A stretch of 64,000 bases of DNA from positions 64,001-128,000 of IMG/VR virus record IMGVR_UViG_3300031420_000003; one strand, given 5' to 3'. The position numbers and the translations under genes were made by a program. Origin of the DNA: a virus. The notes below the pieces were generated by a model. It was not told where the DNA came from, did not search any database, and saw only the letters and a program-made list of their open reading frames with translations. Shown here one piece after another: positions 1-8,683 of the stretch (positions within the stretch are counted from its first letter, which is position 1; the number at the start of each line of letters is the position of its first letter).

Positions 1-171
1 CATATGTCTCAAACGCTTTCTGATCGTCGTTACCCAAAGGATATCTAGCGGCCACTGGTGGATTGTCCATCTGCCTCGTAGGCCAAGCCCGCACCGGTTC
101 CGGCGGGGTACCTTTGTACTGGGGGGTACAGCCCGCCAAGAGCAGCAGGATAACCCCCAGACAGAAAGGTT

Positions 172-672
172 TCATTTTAATTCCCCATTGAGATGGTCGA
201 TTATGGATTGACGAAATGAGTTGGTCTCAGCCACCCCAACGGGACGTTTGGCTGCTTCGCGCTTCTTTACGGGAGCCGGGTCTGAGTGAACCGGCACTTC
301 GGGCGCAACCACCGGAGGCGGGGGCATGGTAGCTAACGTCGTTGGTGCGTTCTTCGAACTATCATATGGCTCCTTGCCTAAGCAGACAAACAGTTGCTTA
401 TAAAGGTCTCTTATGTCATCGGCCTGCTTGTCTGCGAGGCCTTTTTTCTCGTCATACCCGGTCGCCATGTAGCGGTCATGTTCACGCACCTGCACCAGTA
501 GATGATACTGCTGGAAGTAAAGGTACGAGACAAAGCCGGAGTAGACCAAGATTAACGTCATTGCAAGTGAAGTAATTTTTGCTGTGCGGGTAACTTTCTC
601 ACCATCACCCGGCCTAAAAACTTCCATCAGTAATTGCAAGATAGGAAGTAATTTTAACAGTGATGCTAACAT
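172..672 (-). CDS. hypothetical membrane-anchored protein
   Basis: 166-aa ORF with a hydrophobic segment (ITSLAMTLILVYSGFVSYLYF) and a Pro-rich linker; divergent from 697. Confidence 0.6.
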   Translation of the reverse strand: MLASLLKLLPILQLLMEVFRPGDGEKVTRTAKITSLAMTLILVYSGFVSYLYFQQYHLLVQVREHDRYMATGYDEKKGLADKQADDIRDLYKQLFVCLGKEPYDSSKNAPTTLATMPPPPVVAPEVPVHSDPAPVKKREAAKRPVGVAETNSFRQSIIDHLNGELK

Positions 673-696
673 TGCTCACCTCGAGGTATTTTTATA

Positions 697-2076
697 ATGA
701 GTTTAGATATACAAGGCTTTATCCAAATCGGGGCGCTAATCAACAACGAACCCGGTCAGACAGCGGTCGTGGGCGAGCTGTCAGAACTGTCACAGTCCTT
801 CGCGCGCAGCAAACAATACTTCACCAAAGCAGGCCTTCAGGTGGAGTTAGTTTCCTTCACATCGAAGCGTGACAAAACAACGATCACTGTTCCTTCGGTC
901 TTTTCAGACCACATCTTAACGTTGAGTCAATGGATTTACACCCAGTCCATTAATGGTAACTTCAAAAATGATGAAGTTGAATTCCAGCGTCTCCTGTTAG
1001 GCCAGTTCAGTACCACGATTGGCGATGTCCAGTCGGGTTCCATGATTGCCTCGGGTTCGAACTGGTTCCCACGTTGGGTCAGCTGGAAGTTGGAAGTAAC
1101 AGCATCTGGTGTTGAAGATCCAAGCGATGTGGACAACACCATCATCGTCTGGTTCGACGATGCTGACTTCAGTCAGAACTACACCGGTTGTGAGATTTAT
1201 CCCCAAATGCCCATCTCACCGGTGGATGTGTTCATGGGTGTCAAATCTGTGGTGGCGAAAGCGATGGAGGCGTTCAACTTGCCCGACCATCATGCTGCCA
1301 TCAATACCCGTGCGGCCGGTTACCCGTACACCGCACTGGTGACCCATAATTATACATGGCACGATCGTGAGGACTACGATGCAACGTTGTTGGTCCCCAT
1401 CTCCCTACTCATCTATGGTCGTGCGGGGCTAAATCCAACCAAGCAGAAAGAGGCGCTTCGAGATTACATCCTCGAAAACTCTGACTACCCGGTATCGGAT
1501 TGGGTGAAAGTGTATCCGGAAATCTTCACCACGACCAAGTTCACGTTCGTGCCGGGTTGGACCATCCGAGGAGTGCCCAACGAAGAAGACATTGCAGCGT
1601 TGTACTCGCCTATGCTCCCATATGATTTTCTTGCGGACGCTGTTACGGTGTTTGGCGAGTGGGGCGCACAAACCGTCGCACAAAAAAATTCCAACGAGTT
1701 GCCAAAGCCAACCACCGATGTGCAATTCTTCCCGAGCATTTATAAATCGCTGTCTTGTGCAGTGATTGCCGGTTCTGAGAATGCGATTGACAAGGATACC
1801 CTGAATAAGGTGCTCCCTGACTACGCGCTTATCTCAACCCAGAATGCGGATATCGCTCGGATCTCGAAGAACACAACAGAGTGGCTGAAGCTGTTCTTCC
1901 AAGCGCTGGTTGCAGCAGAAGAATACCACCCGTACGACACCCCGTTGGACGTGGTGAAACTCGTGGACGACAAAGACCCGGCGTTGTACTTCTTTGTGTT
2001 TGAGTATCAAAACGTGGAGTACCGCATCGTGGCTCGCAAGGCCGTGTGGGCTGCCCCGGCACCCGCTGCAAGCTAA
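697..2076 (+). CDS. hypothetical protein, probable jumbo-phage virion structural protein
   Basis: 459-aa ORF with GAGG upstream; no enzyme motif; structural role inferred from general resemblance to phiKZ-like virion proteins. Confidence 0.6.
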   Translation: MSLDIQGFIQIGALINNEPGQTAVVGELSELSQSFARSKQYFTKAGLQVELVSFTSKRDKTTITVPSVFSDHILTLSQWIYTQSINGNFKNDEVEFQRLLLGQFSTTIGDVQSGSMIASGSNWFPRWVSWKLEVTASGVEDPSDVDNTIIVWFDDADFSQNYTGCEIYPQMPISPVDVFMGVKSVVAKAMEAFNLPDHHAAINTRAAGYPYTALVTHNYTWHDREDYDATLLVPISLLIYGRAGLNPTKQKEALRDYILENSDYPVSDWVKVYPEIFTTTKFTFVPGWTIRGVPNEEDIAALYSPMLPYDFLADAVTVFGEWGAQTVAQKNSNELPKPTTDVQFFPSIYKSLSCAVIAGSENAIDKDTLNKVLPDYALISTQNADIARISKNTTEWLKLFFQALVAAEEYHPYDTPLDVVKLVDDKDPALYFFVFEYQNVEYRIVARKAVWAAPAPAAS

Positions 2077-2085
2077 GGGGTCTAA

Positions 2086-2721
2086 ATGGTACGTATCCCG
2101 TTAACGCCCCCGGTGAATACCGAGGGTGTCTTTAAAGTCAACAGCCCGTTTAGTTTACCGCAGGATGTGTTGTTTCGCGTGGATGCTATCGCGAACTTCG
2201 CCGATGTGGCACGACGCGGGGATGACCCTTACGCCAAGTATTACGCCCCGCTGAATATCAGCAACAGCGATTACTTGGACGATGCGAAAGTCGGTGCCTC
2301 GATAATCACCTTCAAGTCCAGTGACGGACAGTTGGTGTTTATCCCTGACACGTACATCGAAACCTACCCCGGTGCTGCTGGGGTCAGTTACGTGCGTAAT
2401 GTGTTGGTGTGGGACTGTGGCCCGGTGCCCGACTACGTGGATATCAATGCACTGAATGCAGATGCCGTGGCTGTACTGACCAAAGGGTTGGGTGTCACGG
2501 TAACCGCCAGTGTCACCACGCTTGCCTTTGAGGGGGTTATCAGTGATGAGAACCATGTGCGGATGGAAGCAGAACGCAAAGCACGGATTCGTGAAACGAC
2601 GCCGTTGTCCGAGCAGCTTGCCCTCGCACTGTCTCGTAATGCTGAACTGCAAAAGCTCAACGACAGCCTGATGGCGATAGTGGCGGCCAATGCGGTTCCA
2701 ACGCCCGAGGCAAAAAAATAA
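2086..2721 (+). CDS. hypothetical protein with C-terminal coiled coil (possible virion protein)
   Basis: 211-aa ORF 9 nt after the previous gene, AAGGGG RBS, followed by a terminator. Confidence 0.6.
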   Translation: MVRIPLTPPVNTEGVFKVNSPFSLPQDVLFRVDAIANFADVARRGDDPYAKYYAPLNISNSDYLDDAKVGASIITFKSSDGQLVFIPDTYIETYPGAAGVSYVRNVLVWDCGPVPDYVDINALNADAVAVLTKGLGVTVTASVTTLAFEGVISDENHVRMEAERKARIRETTPLSEQLALALSRNAELQKLNDSLMAIVAANAVPTPEAKK

Positions 2722-2730
2722 AAGGCAGTG

Positions 2731-2750
2731 CCCACTCCCGAAGGAGTGGG
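2731..2750. terminator. bidirectional intrinsic terminator between convergent genes
   Basis: CCCACTCC-CGAA-GGAGTGGG perfect stem (UUCG loop on minus strand) with A/T tracts on both sides. Confidence 0.8.
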
Positions 2751-2760
2751 CCACCTTATT

Positions 2761-3711
2761 TTATTTGTTCAGGTTCCACTTCGCAACGAAGTGTTCTTTG
2801 AACGCGCGACGCAGTTTGATATCGGAGACATTGCCTTCGATACGGCCCAGCAACTTACGGAAGTCTGCACTGTAAAGTTCATACAGACGACCCACCAGTT
2901 TATCAATCGCTTCTTCTTTCTCATCCGCCGGCGCGGAGTTTTTCGCGAGGAAGGATTCGATGAGGAGGCGAATCTGACCTTTCTGCTCTTCGGTAACGTC
3001 ATCCGGTAACAGGATACCCTGCGGCAATGGTTTACCGTCCAGAATGGCCACACCGTTTGCTTTCACATCAGAACCGGCCATGGTCAGTGAGTCACTGGTG
3101 TGTGGCAGTTCACCCGGCTTCGGCTGTGCGTTAACTGGGGTAGGGAGTTCCACTTCCATGTCGATGGTGAACTCATTGTTGATGCGCGGGTTGTAAACGC
3201 CGTTCAGGACAACCGCAACGTCTTCCCAGCTTTTGATGGCATAGACCGCCAGCCCGTGGGACAGCAGCAGGTTGTTGTACTTCACCGGCTGGTCTTCTTC
3301 GATAAGCGCGAGGTCAAACGGACGAACCACTTCACCCAACTCAAAGAAGTGTGGGTCTGCTGCTGCAATGGCATAATCGCCTTCAATGCCACGGGCAACA
3401 ACGATCCAGTTCATGTTACGGTTAGAGAAACCACGCGTTGCGTTCTGATTGCCTGCTTCGACACGCAGGTTGTCGAACACCACATGGCTGTAATCGGATG
3501 CGAAGTTATGCTCAGCAAACGGCAGTGGCAGCGCGTCCGCAAGCTGACCGGCGTAGACTTCCATGGCTTCTGCCGCGGTAAAGCCACCTGCACCGAGCAG
3601 CGCCTTACGCGCAATGCGTGAATAAGCATCCAGCGTGTTGAGTGTAACGGTGGTTTCACGGTTACGCAGAGTACGCGCCAGTTGTTCGATAACGACTAAA
3701 GGTAATGACAT
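2761..3711 (-). CDS. hypothetical protein
   Basis: 316-aa ORF with AAGGA RBS; first of the minus-strand gene run. Confidence 0.7.
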   Translation of the reverse strand: MSLPLVVIEQLARTLRNRETTVTLNTLDAYSRIARKALLGAGGFTAAEAMEVYAGQLADALPLPFAEHNFASDYSHVVFDNLRVEAGNQNATRGFSNRNMNWIVVARGIEGDYAIAAADPHFFELGEVVRPFDLALIEEDQPVKYNNLLLSHGLAVYAIKSWEDVAVVLNGVYNPRINNEFTIDMEVELPTPVNAQPKPGELPHTSDSLTMAGSDVKANGVAILDGKPLPQGILLPDDVTEEQKGQIRLLIESFLAKNSAPADEKEEAIDKLVGRLYELYSADFRKLLGRIEGNVSDIKLRRAFKEHFVAKWNLNK

Positions 3712-3741
3712 GAGAAATGTTCCTTAAAGGTAGATTAGGGT

Positions 3742-4008
3742 TTACTGCTTGATGTCTCCCACACGACGACCGTAGTGGGAGCGTTCTTCGAGTGTGGTGA
3801 CGTAGTCAACCACGTATGCGGTGATTAAAGGAAGACCAATACCTAAATAGGTAAACCACCACGTTAGTAAATCATCAAGATCAACTTTTGTGAAATGGTA
3901 CAGTACCAGAACAGCGATTGACGTATACGCCAACTGTCCGAATACACATGCCAGTGCGAGGAGCAAATCACGGGCGACCGCAGCTTCTAACGTGGTGGGG
4001 GTTTTCAT
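3742..4008 (-). CDS. small membrane protein
   Basis: 88 aa with two hydrophobic segments; start abuts the upstream stop (TAAATG). Confidence 0.6.
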   Translation of the reverse strand: MKTPTTLEAAVARDLLLALACVFGQLAYTSIAVLVLYHFTKVDLDDLLTWWFTYLGIGLPLITAYVVDYVTTLEERSHYGRRVGDIKQ

Positions 4009-4320
4009 TTACTTAATCCTGGTGCGTCGCCAGAGTGTAAACGGTTCAAGGACGGCTTTCGTGACCGGTAACATGAGAGTTAACCAAATCGAGTAAATGG
4101 CCATCCGACAGATTTCGGCGACGGGTGATAAGGTAAAGAGCCATCCTACAATGAGGAACGGCGTGGTAAGAAACACAAGCCAGAGTGTGGCATAAACCAA
4201 CCACACGGACTTCTTCGGAATGTGACGTTCCACTTTTTCAAGAAAGGGAACCAGCCACGCTTCATGGCGATTAAGCCACGACCACACTAAACCGGAAAGA
4301 ATGTTTAAGATATAGCTCAC
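4009..4320 (-). CDS. small membrane protein
   Basis: Hydrophobic ORF; AGGAG RBS favours the GTG start at 4320. Confidence 0.55.
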   Translation of the reverse strand: MSYILNILSGLVWSWLNRHEAWLVPFLEKVERHIPKKSVWLVYATLWLVFLTTPFLIVGWLFTLSPVAEICRMAIYSIWLTLMLPVTKAVLEPFTLWRRTRIK

Positions 4321-4341
4321 GGCCACTCCTTAAAATAAAAG

Positions 4342-4365
4342 CCCGGCAGACCGAAGTCCACCGGG
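4342..4365 (-). terminator. intrinsic terminator
   Basis: Minus strand CCCGGTGGAC-TTCG-GTCTGCCGGG followed by CTTTTATTTT. Confidence 0.7.
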
Positions 4366-4371
4366 TAAAGA

Positions 4372-4893
4372 TTAGTCTTGCAGCAGTGGCTGGTTTGGCA
4401 CCACTTGGTACTCCAGCACGAACTGGTGATTCGCCGCGTCGTCGGAGCGCCACAGTTTGTGGGTACGGGCCAGCTTTTCCAGAATGGTCAGGAAACTGCG
4501 CTGGGCGTATTCACTAGCACCAAAGAACAGTTTCTGCAGTTCAACCGTTGCATCCATGTACGCCTGACGGAAGATGAGTTCTTGGTTGTAGCCTGCTTTG
4601 GGCAGCCACAGCAGAACCTTACCGGCTTCGGTGTCTTCCACAACCGGGCGCAGACCGCAGATCCACAGGAGCGCTAAGTTCGCATTCCAGTCGAACTCAA
4701 TCATCTCTTCTTCGTCGTCACCAAATGCACTTGGGAACGCATCAAAGAAGTCGTGAAGTTCGGCAAAGTTCTCATCGAACTGCTCAGAGTCTTCGGCTGA
4801 GACATTGCCCTTCACCAACTGGTAGACGTCGCGTGCCGTTTCTTGGGCAGCGAAAACCAGTTTAGGATACCACGGTTGTTCTACGATGTTCAT
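4372..4893 (-). CDS. hypothetical acidic protein
   Basis: 173-aa ORF with AAGGA RBS. Confidence 0.65.
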   Translation of the reverse strand: MNIVEQPWYPKLVFAAQETARDVYQLVKGNVSAEDSEQFDENFAELHDFFDAFPSAFGDDEEEMIEFDWNANLALLWICGLRPVVEDTEAGKVLLWLPKAGYNQELIFRQAYMDATVELQKLFFGASEYAQRSFLTILEKLARTHKLWRSDDAANHQFVLEYQVVPNQPLLQD

Positions 4894-4904
4894 ATTGATC
4901 CTTA

Positions 4905-5612
4905 TTAAAAGAGATTGCGGTTTGAGGCTAATACAGTATCAGGGTTGGGCTTCGTCACGGCGTTGCCGTAGAGTGATGACCAGACCCCTTGGAGTTCTTT
5001 CAGGTCGTTATCCTTTGTCTTCGCAAAAGCCAACCGCACGGACTTCCCAGCCTTCTTCTTCGGGGCTGCGGGAGTAAGGTCTGCGTAGAACGCAGCTGCG
5101 CGTCTGAATTGCGCCATGGTGCCGTTGCGTTTGCGGTGTTTACCGGATTTAATCAATGAAGCTGCTGTACCGGGGCCGTATTTGTAGCCGAGGTAGATTT
5201 CGCCATTACTGGCTTGCCGCTTGAGACGACCGTTCAACTCTTGTTCGATATCTTTGAGATAGGCAGCGGATAGCTTCAATGCCACACGCGGGTTGTTGAG
5301 GTTCGCGCCGTGCGGGATACCTAACTCCTTACCGTGTTTGCTAATCATGGCCTTTGCCGTGCCGCGTAGCATTTGCATGCCACCGCGTGCGGTGCTTTTG
5401 GGGTTCTTGGCTTTGACGTCAAAGCGCGACTCTTTATACATTGCGGTGGTGAGTAACACCGGGTCAACATTTTGCTGACGGGCCACTTCTAAGATGAGTG
5501 GCTGTACTTTTTCAAAACGGTCTTGCAAGTGGTCCTGGTATTCTGCCTGATAAGAAGCCTGTGCGGTAAACGCAACCAAGCTCAACAGGGAAAGGGCTAG
5601 AAACTTAAACAT
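4905..5612 (-). CDS. secreted lytic transglycosylase (SLT / GH23-like domain)
   Basis: Signal peptide MFKFLALSLLSLVAFTAQA; catalytic ES motif (KESRF), ARGGMQ and YKYGPG match the SLT motifs ES / GLMQ / AYNAG. Confidence 0.85.
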   Translation of the reverse strand: MFKFLALSLLSLVAFTAQASYQAEYQDHLQDRFEKVQPLILEVARQQNVDPVLLTTAMYKESRFDVKAKNPKSTARGGMQMLRGTAKAMISKHGKELGIPHGANLNNPRVALKLSAAYLKDIEQELNGRLKRQASNGEIYLGYKYGPGTAASLIKSGKHRKRNGTMAQFRRAAAFYADLTPAAPKKKAGKSVRLAFAKTKDNDLKELQGVWSSLYGNAVTKPNPDTVLASNRNLF

Positions 5613-5722
5613 GGATTCTTCTCCGGCTGGATGTATTTCTTTTCCGTCTCGAACTATTCTTAACGGCGCGGTCAGCTAATTCACTCCTCTGTGATAGTTC
5701 AAGCTGATAAAATATGTCTCAT

Positions 5723-6214
5723 TTATTTTTCACTGAAAATCTGCTGTGCTTCTTGAAGGAGCCGTGTAGGTAAGTACATGTCAACCTTCGCGTCAAGTGG
5801 TACAATGATATCCTGAAGTGCTTTCCAAACCTCCACCCGTTGATAATATTTAAGCCAACCATTTGCCATGCCGAGCGGCGGCAGTGCGATACCACCCTCG
5901 AGCCTCTCTGCAAGTTCTGCTAAGCGGTGCAAAGCAGGCGTTACATAAGACACCAGTGTAGGGTCTTTAAAATGCACTTTCGTCGGGAAGAGTATTACGT
6001 TTTCGTCTTGATAAACCGTTAGTTCACCAACGACAATTTCACCCGCGCGACAACGTGCGCGATAATCATTGTAGAGCTGTGTGTAGCGTTCACGGCATTC
6101 GAGAGCGATGCCTTTGCCCATTGCTCCGACACAATTGACCGTCACAACCTTATAGCGCTCAGGCGCATTAAACAGATTCTGACGTATGGTCAGTTCATCG
6201 TGCAATGTTAACAT
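5723..6214 (-). CDS. macrodomain protein, DarG/Poa1p-like ADP-ribosylglycohydrolase
   Basis: TVNCVGAMGKGIAL, FPTKVH and IALPPLGMANGWL match the DarG-type motifs TVNxVGVMGKGxAL, FPTKxHW and IAxPPLGxGNGGL. Confidence 0.85.
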   Translation of the reverse strand: MLTLHDELTIRQNLFNAPERYKVVTVNCVGAMGKGIALECRERYTQLYNDYRARCRAGEIVVGELTVYQDENVILFPTKVHFKDPTLVSYVTPALHRLAELAERLEGGIALPPLGMANGWLKYYQRVEVWKALQDIIVPLDAKVDMYLPTRLLQEAQQIFSEK

Positions 6215-6222
6215 AGCGATAC

Positions 6223-6735
6223 CTATTCGAGTTCTTTGTTACGGCTGCGATAGAATGTCACCAGTGGGTCGTTTCGGAATGCTGTCCAAATAGCGGATGG
6301 GTTTCCAACAACGTCGTTACCGGTTGTCCGGATGTGTGCGTCACCTAAGATAACAGCAACGTTACCAAGCTTGCGGTATTTGCGGATGGTGGCGAGCATC
6401 GCAGTTTCGCGCAGTCGAAAACTTCTGCGGACATCAACTGCCCAACCTTTCTCATCCTTCACATCGTCTTTAAATACATCGTCGGCCCAGAGGTCGATGC
6501 CAATAGCAGGGATATCAAGTTCCAACGCGAGCTCCAAACCGAGCGGACCGTTTGAGTACATCTCGTCACGAATGGCTTTCTTCTTGTCGTGCTCAGTCAG
6601 CCAGCTGTGCGGCCCAAGCTCTTCCAACAACAGATAGCCGTACGGTTCCTTTTTGTGCTGCTTCCTTATCTCGGACTCAATGTGCCGACGCTCACCCGTG
6701 GAGTGGTCTTCACCGTAGATATCAACCCTGTACAT
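6223..6735 (-). CDS. putative metal-dependent hydrolase, TraB/Tiki/ChaN/EreA-like fold
   Basis: YGEDH near the N-terminus, LLLEE, and AVILGDAH near the C-terminus; likely start MYRVDIYG at 6735. Confidence 0.5.
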   Translation of the reverse strand: MYRVDIYGEDHSTGERRHIESEIRKQHKKEPYGYLLLEELGPHSWLTEHDKKKAIRDEMYSNGPLGLELALELDIPAIGIDLWADDVFKDDVKDEKGWAVDVRRSFRLRETAMLATIRKYRKLGNVAVILGDAHIRTTGNDVVGNPSAIWTAFRNDPLVTFYRSRNKELE

Positions 6736-6824
6736 GCATCTATTCCTTTTCTTTTTCTTGCATCTTTTTGAGGAGGCGGTTGGCATACCGAGCAACAATC
6801 ACTCGAAGCTGCTTCCGCTGTTCA

Positions 6825-7070
6825 TCATCCACAACGCATCCCCGCCAACATCACCTGTGCCATCTTCACCGTTACCGGTGAGTTGTAGGTCATCGTCTGA
6901 CCCCAATGCAGGTGGTTGGTGACAGGCTCGGCAGGAATTAACCACGCCTTCATTGCCTCGCGATGTTCTTTCGAGGGTTCAAATGCAAACCCAAACAAGG
7001 TGCCGTCTTCGTTGAGCAGCTCCATGAAGCCTGTGTTGTCCGGCATCGGCTTGATACTCCGAATTTTCAT
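6825..7070 (-). CDS. hypothetical protein
   Basis: 81-aa ORF with ATGA overlap to the upstream gene and GGAGG RBS. Confidence 0.55.
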   Translation of the reverse strand: MKIRSIKPMPDNTGFMELLNEDGTLFGFAFEPSKEHREAMKAWLIPAEPVTNHLHWGQTMTYNSPVTVKMAQVMLAGMRCG

Positions 7071-7345
7071 ATCCCCTCCCCTACCTTGATAGTGACTGTG
7101 ATGGGAGCCCGTCTTTCGTCTCCCGCAAAGTACAATGTGGTTGTGTTGGCATTGACCCGCACAAACGAACGGCCGTAGCCCTGTTCTGCCAGTGAACGCT
7201 CAACGTCTAATTCAAGGGATGCCATGGCGGCGTATGCCAAGTCTGGCTCTTTTTTCTCCACGGTTTTCTTCGAATGGAAAGGCCGGAATAAACGCTCCAA
7301 CCAATCCCCTCTATCGTCTACCACTATCTGTTCCTTTTTTGCCAA
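7067..7345 (-). CDS. hypothetical protein
   Basis: 92-aa ORF in a tightly packed run. Confidence 0.5.
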   Translation of the reverse strand: MAKKEQIVVDDRGDWLERLFRPFHSKKTVEKKEPDLAYAAMASLELDVERSLAEQGYGRSFVRVNANTTTLYFAGDERRAPITVTIKVGEGI

Positions 7346-7710
7346 CTCGCAAAAACGGCGTCCAAGCCCTCATGCGGAACCGTCTTGCGATTGATAAGTT
7401 CAATCACGTGCATGACTTGGGCTTTCTGGCGGTCATCCACGAAGGAATCCCATACTTTCTCGATATCCACACGCGCCCACTGTAACGTGTACGCCTCACG
7501 CCACAGGGCGGTGTTTATCCAAGACTCTCTCAGGTACTCAGCATCGAATAACCGAAAGTCTGAACCGACCAAACGAGAAAGGCGCGTCTCAACCGTTTTC
7601 CCAAGGCGAAGACGCGATGACTCAATAAGTGCCAATTGATTCAGTAACGCAGCGAAATCAGAGTCGTCCAACTGCGGCTCTCCGAAGACGTGGTAAATGG
7701 GTAGGTCCAT
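7324..7710 (-). CDS. hypothetical protein
   Basis: 128-aa ORF with AGGT RBS. Confidence 0.6.
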   Translation of the reverse strand: MDLPIYHVFGEPQLDDSDFAALLNQLALIESSRLRLGKTVETRLSRLVGSDFRLFDAEYLRESWINTALWREAYTLQWARVDIEKVWDSFVDDRQKAQVMHVIELINRKTVPHEGLDAVFASWQKRNR

Positions 7711-7721
7711 GCTACTACCTG

Positions 7722-7910
7722 CTAAAAAACTTGTGCGTGTGTAATGGGCGTCTGGTCTAACAGCCAGTCGCGTGTTCTTTTTAGTTTGTGCCGTACCGCA
7801 GGGAGATTATAAATGATGGCCGCAGTTAAAGGCGACATCCCCCAATCAACATGACCAATCGTGCCGACGTTACAATACGTTCGGCCATTTCGGTCAAAAA
7901 AAGAAAGCAT
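7722..7910 (-). CDS. 62-aa peptide resembling the EF-Tu N-terminus (degenerate P-loop)
   Basis: [29 protein letters not shown] versus EF-Tu [28 protein letters not shown]; start at 7910 inferred, RBS weak. Confidence 0.55.
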   Translation of the reverse strand: [62 protein letters not shown]

Positions 7911-7932
7911 TGCTTTGTTTCGTGCTGGGGTC

Positions 7933-8115
7933 TCAGGCGGCTGCCAGAACAATCTCACCGGCTGGCACCCCGTTTGCGGGTTCGGCATCGGTTTTTGGTT
8001 TGCGTCCATTGAGAAACTCCTGTAAGAATGGTGCAGCGCGTTCGTACTCAGCCAGACACACCTCAGTATGGATTCTTGAGGATTTTGTGTTGGCGGCAAT
8101 GAGGCGTTTTAACAT
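7933..8115 (-). CDS. hypothetical small protein
   Basis: 60-aa ORF with GGGGAAG upstream; fills the gap without overlapping 7722..7910. Confidence 0.5.
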   Translation of the reverse strand: MLKRLIAANTKSSRIHTEVCLAEYERAAPFLQEFLNGRKPKTDAEPANGVPAGEIVLAAA

Positions 8116-8119
8116 AAAA

Positions 8120-8185
8120 AGCTTCCCCTACGTAAAAAGAGCGAAATTACTCTCAGAGTAATAGGCTCAATACGTAAGGGAAGCT
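8120..8185 (-). promoter_or_regulatory. 66-nt rod-like RNA stem-loop overlapping the RBS of the 8115 gene
   Basis: Nested inverted repeats AGCTTCCCCTACGTA/TACGTAAGGGAAGCT, GAGC/GCTC and ATTACTC/GAGTAAT. Confidence 0.6.
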
Positions 8186-8200
8186 GAGTAGGTTTGTTAC

Positions 8201-8683
8201 TTAGGCAGACTGCAAGGCATTGGGTTGGGCAATACCTGCTTTGACTTTGAGGTTAAAGTCAAGCCAACCGTTGCGTTCTTCATCAACAAAACCGAGTGCT
8301 TTAAACATCTGCACACCCAGGTAGTTGTCTTTGAAGACGGTGGCCGAAATAGACTCGTGGTTCGAACTTTCTGACACGGCAGAAAGGAGCGCAGTCATTA
8401 CATACTTACGACGATGTGCCTCAGAAACAAACAGGCAACGCAGGCCTATCTGGACAGCATTCGAGCGGAAGAAGCAATAACCGATGACGGTCTGGTTGTC
8501 ATCAAATGCAACAGCGCACTGGTTACCCGCAGCGATCGCGGCCAGTGTGACATCCGGTACAACATGATCTACTTTCAAAACCATACGTTGATAGTTAAGA
8601 AATTTATAGTGTAATGCCAACAACTGCTTTTGCTGTGAATCTGATAACGAATGAATGTCTGCCAAGATTGTAACAGTGGTCAT
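8201..8683 (-). CDS. GNAT-family acetyltransferase
   Basis: VIGYCFF, LFVSEAHRRKYVMTALL (motif A) and VFKDNYLGVQMFKALGF (motif B). Confidence 0.75.
   Translation of the reverse strand: MTTVTILADIHSLSDSQQKQLLALHYKFLNYQRMVLKVDHVVPDVTLAAIAAGNQCAVAFDDNQTVIGYCFFRSNAVQIGLRCLFVSEAHRRKYVMTALLSAVSESSNHESISATVFKDNYLGVQMFKALGFVDEERNGWLDFNLKVKAGIAQPNALQSA

Noticed and set aside
7722-8099. 125-aa version of the EF-Tu-like ORF, or a true tuf gene
   Set aside because: The extension overlaps the better-supported 7933..8115 ORF. Only about 30 residues resemble EF-Tu and the GKT is lost.
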